DNA of 63,357 nt, counting the filler, from Craspedostauros australis (taxonomy: Eukaryota): the NCBI GenBank assembly GCA_030167865.1. It is 4 parts of 4 records of this genome, joined end to end, with 100 filler letters (N's around TTAATTAATTAA, not from the genome) between each part and the next. Parts side by side here need not be neighbours in the genome. Positions count along the whole stretch, not along the records: positions 38,643 to 63,357 come from JALAGF010001265.1; 3 more parts are not named here. The stretch is one strand, 5' to 3'. The notes under the pieces were generated by a model. That model searched no databases. It saw only the letters and a program-made list of their open reading frames with translations, and had not been told where the DNA came from. Of this stretch, positions 53,976-63,357 are shown piece after piece; within the stretch, counting starts at the first letter, position 1; each line of letters begins with the position of its first letter. The position numbers were made by a program, and so were the translations under genes.

Positions 53976-56900
53976 ACGGAGCCAAACACCATTTGCTTTC
54001 GCATGTTGTTCCACTGTGTCAGCGGGATTCGATCTTGAAGTTCTCTTCCTGTGCACTCCGCACTCTGCTCTGTCCAACTCCTCTTCTCCAGCTCGCATGG
54101 CAGTACAGAGCAATCGCCCTTGGATGAGATCCCCAGGCTGTGATGTTGTCTGCTGTTGGTGTGCTTTGAGTCCGCGTCGTAGACATACAGATGGATTATA
54201 TATGGTGTACGAGTATTGCGAAGAGCATGATTGCTTGTCCATCATACATACATAGGTCGTACGATGCTGCGCAGCGCCATTTGCATACATAGAGCAGAGC
54301 AGAGTACGCTGTTTGCATTCAGAATTATAGCGAGATTGATCTGCACGATTGGCGGCGGCACGCAATAGAGATTGCCATGCCGTAACAGCTCCATGTTCGT
54401 GCATGCATGCCGCGAACAGAGATGTAATTCTGCTACCTCCCACAAATGCCGATGTCGAATCTTCTCGTTCTACTGTTGGTGGTGCGACTCTCATTGCTGC
54501 GCATTCCGCCGCGTTGAGGTGTGGTGGGCTTCTGATTGAGGTTGGCGACTGCTTTCGACGTCAATGGTTTCGCCGATGGATTGAAGGAGCGGTAGGCCCA
54601 CTTCCTTCGACAGATCTCTCTTGGTCGATCAGTTTGCGCGCATCCAAGTTGCGTTTGATGCTGTCTGTTTGTCTATTGGCTTGCATCGATGCACAGAGTG
54701 AGAACCAGGCAGAAAGGCCACGACGCGTGTCGCGGAATCCCTTGTGAGCGTCGAAGATGTGTTGGATGGAGATGGCGCGTGTTCGCGGTATCTCTCATCG
54801 TTTTGTTTCTCTGTGGTCATTTGGTGACGTTGAACTCGTGAATGCCCGGAGAGCCGGAAATGATGGTGCTCGCCAAGATTGTGATGGATGGGCCAACTTC
54901 TGCGAATGAGTCCACAACAGAGGAAGCAGGCCTCCACATTCGTGTGGGCGCCTGCGATGCAGCATCGGATCCTCTGTTACAATTCGCTTCCTGCCAAGGA
55001 TCCAAACGCAGCTCGTGCTCACGCCACGTCGTCATGTTCTCGTTTCTCCCACAAGACTACGCGAGTAGGTACCGCACTATACACCTGCACGAGTCACTGC
55101 GTGGCCTGAGGACACGTACGTTTGTGCGCGCCATCACCAATAAAACTCTTGTGGAGCCACAAACCATCACGACATTTGTTTCCTATCCTTTTCAGAGTTT
55201 GCTTGCAGCCATCGCCGGGTTCTTGGTGTTGGCATCGTCGGCATCGTCGGCATCGTCGGTATCACTGAACCTGTTCCGGCAACCATCGGAAGAATAGCTG
55301 ATGGCTCAAGTCGCTGCTGTGGTCACGAGTTTGCTTGGGCTCCCTTTGCCCGAACCTTCAAGTGCGCACATGTATTCTATTAATGTATGCTCGAACCTCC
55401 ATGGTATTATTGGCCATCCATGCATCCGCGCCTTTCCTATGGCATGACTATGTTTGACCTTGCCGTTCTTGGCATCATTTTTCTGTTTGCAGCCGCCCGA
55501 GATGAGCAATACTGTTGGAGCAGATCGGAGTATAGCGGGAGAGCAATACGGGAGTGCTCCGACGTGCGTACGGGAATGATACCTGGCGAGGCCTTTTGTC
55601 CCCTTCTCTGACCGTTCTATCTTGCTTCTCTCCCTCTCGTTACGAGAGACAACATCAGCGCCCTCGTCTTCGGCCCTGATTCCAGTAGATCTCAGAACAG
55701 CATGCGCGTGAGGCTGGTGCCGCGCTGTTGTTGCTCGTTTGTCTCTGTTTCTGTTGGATGGCCTCACGTTTGTTCTGCACAAGACCTCTTTTGTTCTGAT
55801 GAGGAACAACGTCAACGTGTGCGCGTCTCAGGACCAAATCACACGACGAACCCCAGTGATGGTGCATTTGAAGCAATGACGCAACAGACCGCAACAGAGA
55901 CAGCAAAGCGCAAGGGAACAATACCCAAGACCAACACCCAATGTATAATAGAATCAACGGTGCTCTCTTGGGTCCTGTGAGTATTCGGAGTCGCACGTAG
56001 CAAAATACCACCATACAATAACATGATAATAGATCGCAATGCAACGCTCCATGCGAGCATGATGGACTGCGAGTATAGAATAGAATAGTTCTGTCAGCGT
56101 AAATCATGTGGTAGGCCGTATTGCTCCATGACGGTACTCGAAAATACTGTTGTAGTTCGTACTCTGCGCGCTTGTGCCACACAATAGCGGAGCAAGGACC
56201 ACTACGACGGTTGGGAAGAGGCGAAAAGCGAATGTGTCGAATACAGCACAAAGGGAGTGTGTGCGCATCGAACGTGGAGGAATTGTGACTGCGAGATGTT
56301 CGGCGCGCGGTTGTGAGTCACTATCCCCATATGTAGGGCAATCGTGTGATGAATGACCCATGCGTAGCGGGGTCGCATAGTTTGTCCTGGTCCAAGATTG
56401 TTTGATTAAGCGATGGAATATCACAAAGAATGGTGCTTCGTGGAGTGGGACTCATTCTCGCCATGTTTGCTCAACCTGTTTTCCGAGAGTCTCCGATCGT
56501 GAGTTGCGCCCCAGAAAGCGAGGGAAGCCAAGCTTCAGAACGCGCGCTTCGGGCCGCTGTGTGCGGATGGTACAATGCGTGATAGCGTCCATGTGATGTT
56601 TGCCAAATGAGGAAAAAGCGGCATCGATCGTGCCTCACCTCACAAAAAGAGCAATGCCCATCGATACTTTGACGAGGCAACTGACCAGAACACAAACACA
56701 AACGCCCCATGCCTGCGATACTCAACACACATAAACTCGGACGCGCATACCACCCATACTCACAAATACTCGTACTCGTTCGCACGAACAGACACACGCA
56801 CACATACGACTGACACTCACGCAAACACAAGCACAAAAGAAGTTGGAAAGAACTGCAAGGTAGAAGGAGGGATCAAGTGATAGAGCATCGCAGAGAGCAG

Positions 56901-58413
56901 TAGGAAGACGCGAGGGACAAAGGAAGCGGCTTGGCTGACAGAGTACTAATACAAGAGAGTAGAATACCTCGCACCACAAGGGGCATCTGTTCTGACACGC
57001 ACCCAAAGAACTTGGTTGCGCATCCGCACTGAGAGTACAGAGAGCACACAACCCACAACATCATACTCCAAAGCGCTATACGACATCGCCAGTAACGGCA
57101 ACAGCAAGAACAATACAAACAATACAACAAAGACACAACAAAGACACAACACAACCACGGACTTGATCACAAAGCAATCGCATCTGCAACCGCAACGACG
57201 CGGACAGGAGAGACGAAGGCAGGCAGACGAAAGAGCATCAAGGCATTGGTTTGGAGTCCACCCATAGAGTGCCCTTTCTGGTACTCGTTCTCGTTCCTGA
57301 ACTTGCGCCCATAAACCATACTCCGCCTTGTCCCGTCCTTGTCCCGTCCTTGTGCCGTACTCCTTGAAATCAGCAACCAACAGCAGCAGAGACGACAAGT
57401 GCCCACGCCCAGCACCCCATTCCCTGCGCCAACAACGGCACCGGCATCAGTATCAGCACCAACAGCCTCGGCAAGGGCAACAGTCGCCAAAGACATCCAA
57501 GACACAGAAGACAATCCAGCGCATTCAACACAACCCGCACGGCAGACGTAGACACAAACACAGCCACAAACGCAGACACAGGCCATCATCAATACGAGCT
57601 ACCACACCGCAAACCGGACTGATTTCTTCCGCGGTTTCTTCTTTGCCACTCCGTCTCATCAACAACCAAATTGCCCAAGTCGGCATCTGCACTGGTTAAC
57701 TGCTATCGTAACATTACTCTTGTACCATACGCACGAGCAATCAGCTGTGAGCCATCCCACACCGGTCTCAGTATCAATCACCATCGACCACCAGTTTCCT
57801 CCACAAACGACCAAGGCCAACGCTAAGGCCAACAACAACAACGACACATCAAGTTGCTGTACTGTGGGAGACCTGGACTGATCCCAGACGAACAGACTTG
57901 TGACCAGGACCCGCAACAATCGTGCCCAGGGCCAAGAGAAGGCAGCACGACAGGGCCATTGCCACACGAGGAAGCGCAAGGCATAGCGTCACGCACGAAC
58001 GGAAGCAACGCGGTCACCACAACACCTTTCGAATCGAAAAGAGAGACCAATACACATACTGCGAGCAGCACACGCTCCCAACACGAGGACACACACAGAC
58101 ATCCGCACGCATACAACCACGCGCATTACGTGCTGCAATCGTAGCCGAATCTCACCGAAACCTATCACCCCCTCCGTCTTCAGAGCGTGCTCACTCTTCT
58201 GCGGTTCGCGTGTTTTGGACATCGCCATCGCAAGTTCATCATTGTGAGTTAACCTTTGTGAGTTGGCAGCCATCCACACAAGAACATCATCAGCATCGGC
58301 ACCAGCATCAGCATCAGCACCAGCATCTTCGCCCAACTCCGCTAAACGCAGCGCAACTCAAGACGAAGTCAGGCCAAGCACAACGCTACCACAAGCAATG
58401 CACCTACAGCTCG

Positions 58414-61194
58414 ATGCCTACTCTGTTCTCCACCGTCTTCGATACAACCACATCGCGCCGACTTGGGCTGCACAGGGATAGCGAGCCAAAGAAGTCGCTA
58501 CCCCTCCCCTTCCACTTCAGCCGAGGCAGCCCCGGAGCTGAGTCAGCAGTGTCAGCATCGGCCTTAGCCTCAGTAGCAGGCGACAACACCGCAGACATGG
58601 ACTTCTCCAGGGGCACAGGCGGAGGGAATGTTGGCAGCGGCAGCAGCAATGCCAGTGGCTATCGCAACAGGAACCTCGACACCAACAACAGCAACGACAA
58701 CTCCATGACGCAGCTTGGCGATGGTGGAATCGATTTGACGAATCAAGCCCACCAACACCTCCAACAGCAGCACCAACAACACCAACAGCAACAGTTACGC
58801 CACGCTCTCCATCAGCAGAGGAGCCAACTCTACCTGCAGACATTCCCCAACGACCTCGCAGGCAATGCCCATTCCGACCAATCGATGACAAACCAGTACC
58901 CCTTCGGTCTCCATGCTGCTGCTGCTGCCGGAAGCGTGCACAGCGGCAACAACAGCAACAGTGTCGCCGATGGAAACAGAGAGAGGACAACGATGCGCGG
59001 TGGCAATAGCGGCAACAGTGTTGCTGGCGACAGCACCAGCAATCGCCACCACAACAGCATGTTGCTCTCCACGCTGGGGGCTGGAGGTAGAGCAGGGAGC
59101 AATCAGTCAGCAAACTCTGGCAACCCGTTGCAAGCCGGGGCCATGAGTCAGAATACCACTCAACAGCATCAGCAGCAGCAACAACAACAACAGAGCCAGG
59201 GTCAGCAGCAGTCTTTGGGGCATGACGATAGAATGCTCTTCCAGATGTTGATGGCGCACCAACAGCAACAGCAGCAACAACAGCAGCATTCTGGGCAGCA
59301 ACACTTTCGCGCAGGCCTCGCTGAAGGCAACGCAGGCGCAGGCATGGCCCAATCCAACATGTGGCACTCACCGCAGCAGCAATATCCGCACCAACAGCAG
59401 CAACAACAAATGTCCTCGACTTTCCAACAGTCTCACCTCCTCCAAGATCAAGGCACCGCAACGTCGATCGCAGACGACTTGATCCGGATGCGGAACACGC
59501 AGACGTCTTCCATGGCTTCAGGGATGTTGAATACGCCAAGCAACTCCGCCAACATCGACCCCACAAGAACTCTGGCTTCGAACCTTGCATTCGGCGGCAG
59601 CGTGGGTGGCGATGGTGGCAACGCCAATGCCACATCCAGAACTGGCGCAGCCATGGCGAGCTTTCCGTTTGGCACAGGCCTGGCATCATCCAGCCACAAC
59701 ATGAACACGCCACCCATGGATGTGTTCAGCGGCGCACTGATGCCAAGGCCGATCGGAAACCTCAACCAGAACAGCATGCAGCCGGAGAGAATATTCAACG
59801 ACCAGGGCCTCAATGCCATGGGATCGGCTTCCATGCCTCTCACGATGGATTTGGCGAATCAGCTCATGCATGGACAATCCCAGTCGCGTGCCCAGGTTCA
59901 TGGTCACGGTCATAGGCATGGACACAGGCCATCATCACAGCAGTCTGAAGCGCAAGCCGCACTGTTGGGCTTCGTCTCTCCAGCCAATGCCGCGGCAGCA
60001 ATGGCGGCACGGACGGCGACGGAAAGGGGCGCAGGGATGGAAGGAGGATCCGATTCTGTCGCAGGATCTGCTTCTGTTTCTGCCCAGCTGTCCAACCAGC
60101 GCGGCCTCAGCAACTACCAAGCCATGCTGGCCGCAACGGCGGCATCGCCAGCGGCGTTCTCCGCCCAGCAGCTCGACTTCGGCAACCCTGCGGCAATGAT
60201 GGCCGCGGGCATGGCAGGATCCTCCTCCTCCTCAGCAGCAGCGTCTTCTGGGGGCATGCAATCCGCACAGCACAATGATCCAAGATACGCCATGCTCCAG
60301 ACCCTGACACGAGGTGATCTGGAGAAAGCGGATCCATCACACTTCATGGCCGGCGCGATGGCCGCAGCCGCTGCCTCGGCACAGCCCGGACAGCAATCGA
60401 TGTTCTACCCCTCCAACCAACAAGGTGTCTCCGCCAACTTCGCTTCGCCATCGTCGCTGATGCCGACGCACCCCATCAACACCACCAGCACAGCAATGAT
60501 GACACCTCCCAGGCCCCGGCCAAAGAAGAAGCGTCTCCACAAGAAGAAGCCTGCCGACATGCCAAGGCGGCCATTGAGCGCTTACAACCTGTTCTTCTCC
60601 GAGGAACGGGAGCGCATACTGAAGGAGCTCGATCCAGCATCGAATCCTGCTGACGGATCCGCAACTGCAGGTACCAGCACCACCACCGGCACAGGGAAAG
60701 ACGGAGGCGCGATGGACAAGAGCGGAACACCGAGCTCAAGCGAAGAAGGCGGCAAGAAGAAGGTCCCAAGAGCGTTGCTGCGTCCGCTCTTGCCTTCTGA
60801 GAAGAAACGCCGACCGCACCGCAAGACCCATGGCAAGATCAGTTTCCGATTGCTCGCCCAGAAGGTGGGGCAGAGGTGGAAGGCTCTGCCAGAGACTCGG
60901 CGCAAGTACTACCAGAAGCTGGCACAGGAGGACATGAAACGCCAAAAGCAGGCCATGGAGGAGTACTACAAACGGCAGGCCGTGGCCAAGCCAACCGAAG
61001 CTGCCGTAGCGAAAGAAGAGGAGAGGGATGAAGAGGTAGGCACAGAAACAAGGACAGCAGCAACCAAGGAATCAGCTCCAACAAAGACGAAGGAAGAGGA
61101 CGAAGAGGATGCTGCTGCTCCTGCCGAGGCATCGAGGACATCTGGGGCTGGTGTGCGCAAACGCGCCAGGCCAAGCAGTGCAGCCACAAAGTGA
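58414..61194 (+). CDS. Gln-rich HMG-box transcription factor (split HMG box); start uncertain (58414 or 58597)
   Basis: PRRPLSAYNLFFSEERERIL...RRPHRKTHGKISFRLLAQKVGQRWKAL..YYQKLAQEDMKRQKQAMEEY, preceded by polyQ and Ala/Ser/Met-rich regions. Confidence 0.88.
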   Translation: MPTLFSTVFDTTTSRRLGLHRDSEPKKSLPLPFHFSRGSPGAESAVSASALASVAGDNTADMDFSRGTGGGNVGSGSSNASGYRNRNLDTNNSNDNSMTQLGDGGIDLTNQAHQHLQQQHQQHQQQQLRHALHQQRSQLYLQTFPNDLAGNAHSDQSMTNQYPFGLHAAAAAGSVHSGNNSNSVADGNRERTTMRGGNSGNSVAGDSTSNRHHNSMLLSTLGAGGRAGSNQSANSGNPLQAGAMSQNTTQQHQQQQQQQQSQGQQQSLGHDDRMLFQMLMAHQQQQQQQQQHSGQQHFRAGLAEGNAGAGMAQSNMWHSPQQQYPHQQQQQQMSSTFQQSHLLQDQGTATSIADDLIRMRNTQTSSMASGMLNTPSNSANIDPTRTLASNLAFGGSVGGDGGNANATSRTGAAMASFPFGTGLASSSHNMNTPPMDVFSGALMPRPIGNLNQNSMQPERIFNDQGLNAMGSASMPLTMDLANQLMHGQSQSRAQVHGHGHRHGHRPSSQQSEAQAALLGFVSPANAAAAMAARTATERGAGMEGGSDSVAGSASVSAQLSNQRGLSNYQAMLAATAASPAAFSAQQLDFGNPAAMMAAGMAGSSSSSAAASSGGMQSAQHNDPRYAMLQTLTRGDLEKADPSHFMAGAMAAAAASAQPGQQSMFYPSNQQGVSANFASPSSLMPTHPINTTSTAMMTPPRPRPKKKRLHKKKPADMPRRPLSAYNLFFSEERERILKELDPASNPADGSATAGTSTTTGTGKDGGAMDKSGTPSSSEEGGKKKVPRALLRPLLPSEKKRRPHRKTHGKISFRLLAQKVGQRWKALPETRRKYYQKLAQEDMKRQKQAMEEYYKRQAVAKPTEAAVAKEEERDEEVGTETRTAATKESAPTKTKEEDEEDAAAPAEASRTSGAGVRKRARPSSAATK

Positions 61195-63357
61195 AGAAGT
61201 TCCGTGGGCCAGGAGTGAAGGGTGAAGGGCGAAGTGTGACGGGAAATAAATGTCGACGGGCCACGGGATCGTTAGAGGGGCTACTGATTCAACGCGCGTG
61301 CGTATAGAGTAAATACGGCTCTGCTTAGCCCGTACCAAATCAAACCAATCATGCCAATAGCTCACGCCAATCCTAATACCGATGTCGTCAATACACATAG
61401 CTATTCCTCCGGACAGAGAGACACCACGCCTCATCTGTTGCCAACCATCCTGACTCGGTACCTTTCGTGTTCATGTGCCTGCGAAGGCGCGAACGAAGTC
61501 ATTCGTGCCGATGTCCTGACACATGCTCTGCTTCTCTCCGGGCCCCAAAAGAGCCAACCGCCGGCCTCGTTCACCCGCTTCTCACATCCACACGCATTGA
61601 TACTCTTTGTGCGAACGAAAAATGATGCCTTGTGCAGGAACATGGAGGAAATGGGTGCTCGCCCAGTTTCACCGTCACGCTTGCGCGCCCCAATGACGAG
61701 TGTCATGACGATGATAATCTTGCGTGCGCGACCGCTTGGTGGTTGCTCTGCACGCAAAGCAGAGTCGGTCGTACGTGGTTCTTCCTTCTGTGATGGTGCT
61801 GCTTATTTCGCGTCTTCTCACCACGATGGGGATGCTCCCTGATGTACATCAAACTGATGACAAAGTGATCGTCCGCGAATGCCGAAGGAAGTAGCAGGCC
61901 CAAACCCCATGGGCTCTCCTTGGGAGGCGCACTTGGTTCTCGGCGAAACATCTTGCCGTTTGTTTCTACCCTCGCGCGGGTTGGTGATGCTCTGTGCGTC
62001 GCTTCGGAATTGCATTCGGCCAACAGGATGACACATCCCAACACCAAAAGACATCGTCTTTCATCTCCGGTTCGTCTCCGGACGAAACGAGAGACCAAAC
62101 TCGCAGTCTGTCACCGCCTCCTCTATTCTTTATCGTGTGGCTTGATGAGCCTCATGCTCTCTCCCTTCCTGGTGCCGCCTCTTGCGAGTTTGACATCTGC
62201 CATGATCCTTGGAGGCACATCTCATTGCTGTTCCATTCACCATCATGTCCAACATCTGAACCATCGTGGAAACGTGGAGGGGCACAACATTAGAATGCAG
62301 CAGGTTGCTCTGCCACGAAGTATTATATTAGTTGCAAACTCGGAACGTTGGTTGATTCCATCTGGAGTCGTGATGACGAATGACAATGCATACGAGAGTG
62401 ACATAACCTCCACGTACACTTAAATAGTTACACACTCGTCCTTACCTCGCTGTGCTACTCTCTACCCGCCCTCCGTTGCTTCTTTCAAATCGGCCAGGTT
62501 GGTTTGAAACATGAAACAAACTAGCTATGATTACTAGCCTGTTGGGAGCTCGGAAATGAATCGTGGCAAGAGTTGTCGCTATTCAATTATCGGACACAAT
62601 ATCGAACTTTCTAACGAACAAGATGGGAGCATGAATTAGTTGAATATATTGTATTTTACCGCGTACCCATAAATGAAACAAGTACATTATTTACTAAGAT
62701 ACCGTTGCTTCTGATGAACCTTTTCATAATACAATGCATAAATATATTATTTACCGCATATCCAGAAAGACTTCGATTTAAGCTAGAAAATGACAATACC
62801 TTGTTACCACGTTGACGGTGCCAATTGCCGAGAACCCTGATGCTTTCGTGGGTTGGGTGGATGTGTCTTCATACTCTGCCGATGTTGATCACTCCTGGTT
62901 GCTCCAGCCAATGGCCTTGCCATCAGGAGAACGTGGCTGTTGGCAAACCCAAAATTCATCTCTTGCGCAAACACCACAGCTTTTGTTTGTTGAGAGTGTC
63001 TTTGATTCCGGAAGTGATAGAACAGAATACAATACAGGGTACTTACTTCAAATAGAGACTGATCAGATCCGACAATGAAGTATGTAGATGGTTGGTATTG
63101 TGTGTGTGTGCTCAAGTAGNNNNNNNNNNNNNNNNNNNNNNNNNNNNNNNNNNNNNNNNNNNNNNNNNNNNNNNNNNNNNNNNNNNNNNNNNNNNNNNGA
63201 TGATGATGATGCAATGAGATTGCACAAGTTTCACACAGCAATACTGCTGTAAAATGATGCCTTGCACTGTTGCATTCACATGTGGGAGGAAATGTATGTT
63301 TGCAAGCACAGAGGTGAAGACAAGATCAGATGGCACGTTCAGGTCCACGATGACCAG

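Noticed and set aside
57922..58413. 164-aa N-terminal extension of the HMG ORF
   Set aside because: Non-ATG start and CA-rich leader-like composition; probably 5' UTR.
62800..63357. Short ORFs around the terminal gap (63120-63198)
   Set aside because: Fragmentary, with no recognisable domain.

Overview
Eukaryotic genomic window, most likely a (pennate) diatom. This is inferred from GT-AG introns, a plastid-type bipartite presequence (ALG-FVAQP), diatom-typical gene families and diatom-type retroelements. It is a scaffold of four pieces joined by three artificial 100-nt N44-TTAATTAATTAA-N44 linkers, so adjacency across 24413-24512, 36174-36273 and 38543-38642 is not evidence of linkage. Host genes: a 6-exon secreted G8/beta-helix protein with four Cys-rich, CBM1-like modules; a large low-complexity protein; a KIX (Med15-like) protein; a CRAL-TRIO-like/DUF6824-like protein; DOHH; a WD40 protein; a membrane protein; a plastid adenylate kinase; and a polyQ HMG-box factor. 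The middle pieces are TE-rich, with an apparently intact non-LTR retrotransposon (ORF1 plus APE-RT-RNase H-CCHC ORF2), a fragment of a divergent relative, and Ty1/copia pieces. Three observations stand out. (1) An array of 11 near-identical ankyrin repeats varies almost only at binding-surface positions and is followed by a frameshifted BTB-BACK domain, suggesting a variable-specificity Cullin3 adaptor that is broken in this copy. (2) A structured RNA motif is conserved in the 3' UTRs of the two divergent LINEs. (3) One exon in the duplicated Cys-rich modules of the G8 gene is homogenised while its neighbours are not. All family assignments come from motif recognition by eye; no searches were run.
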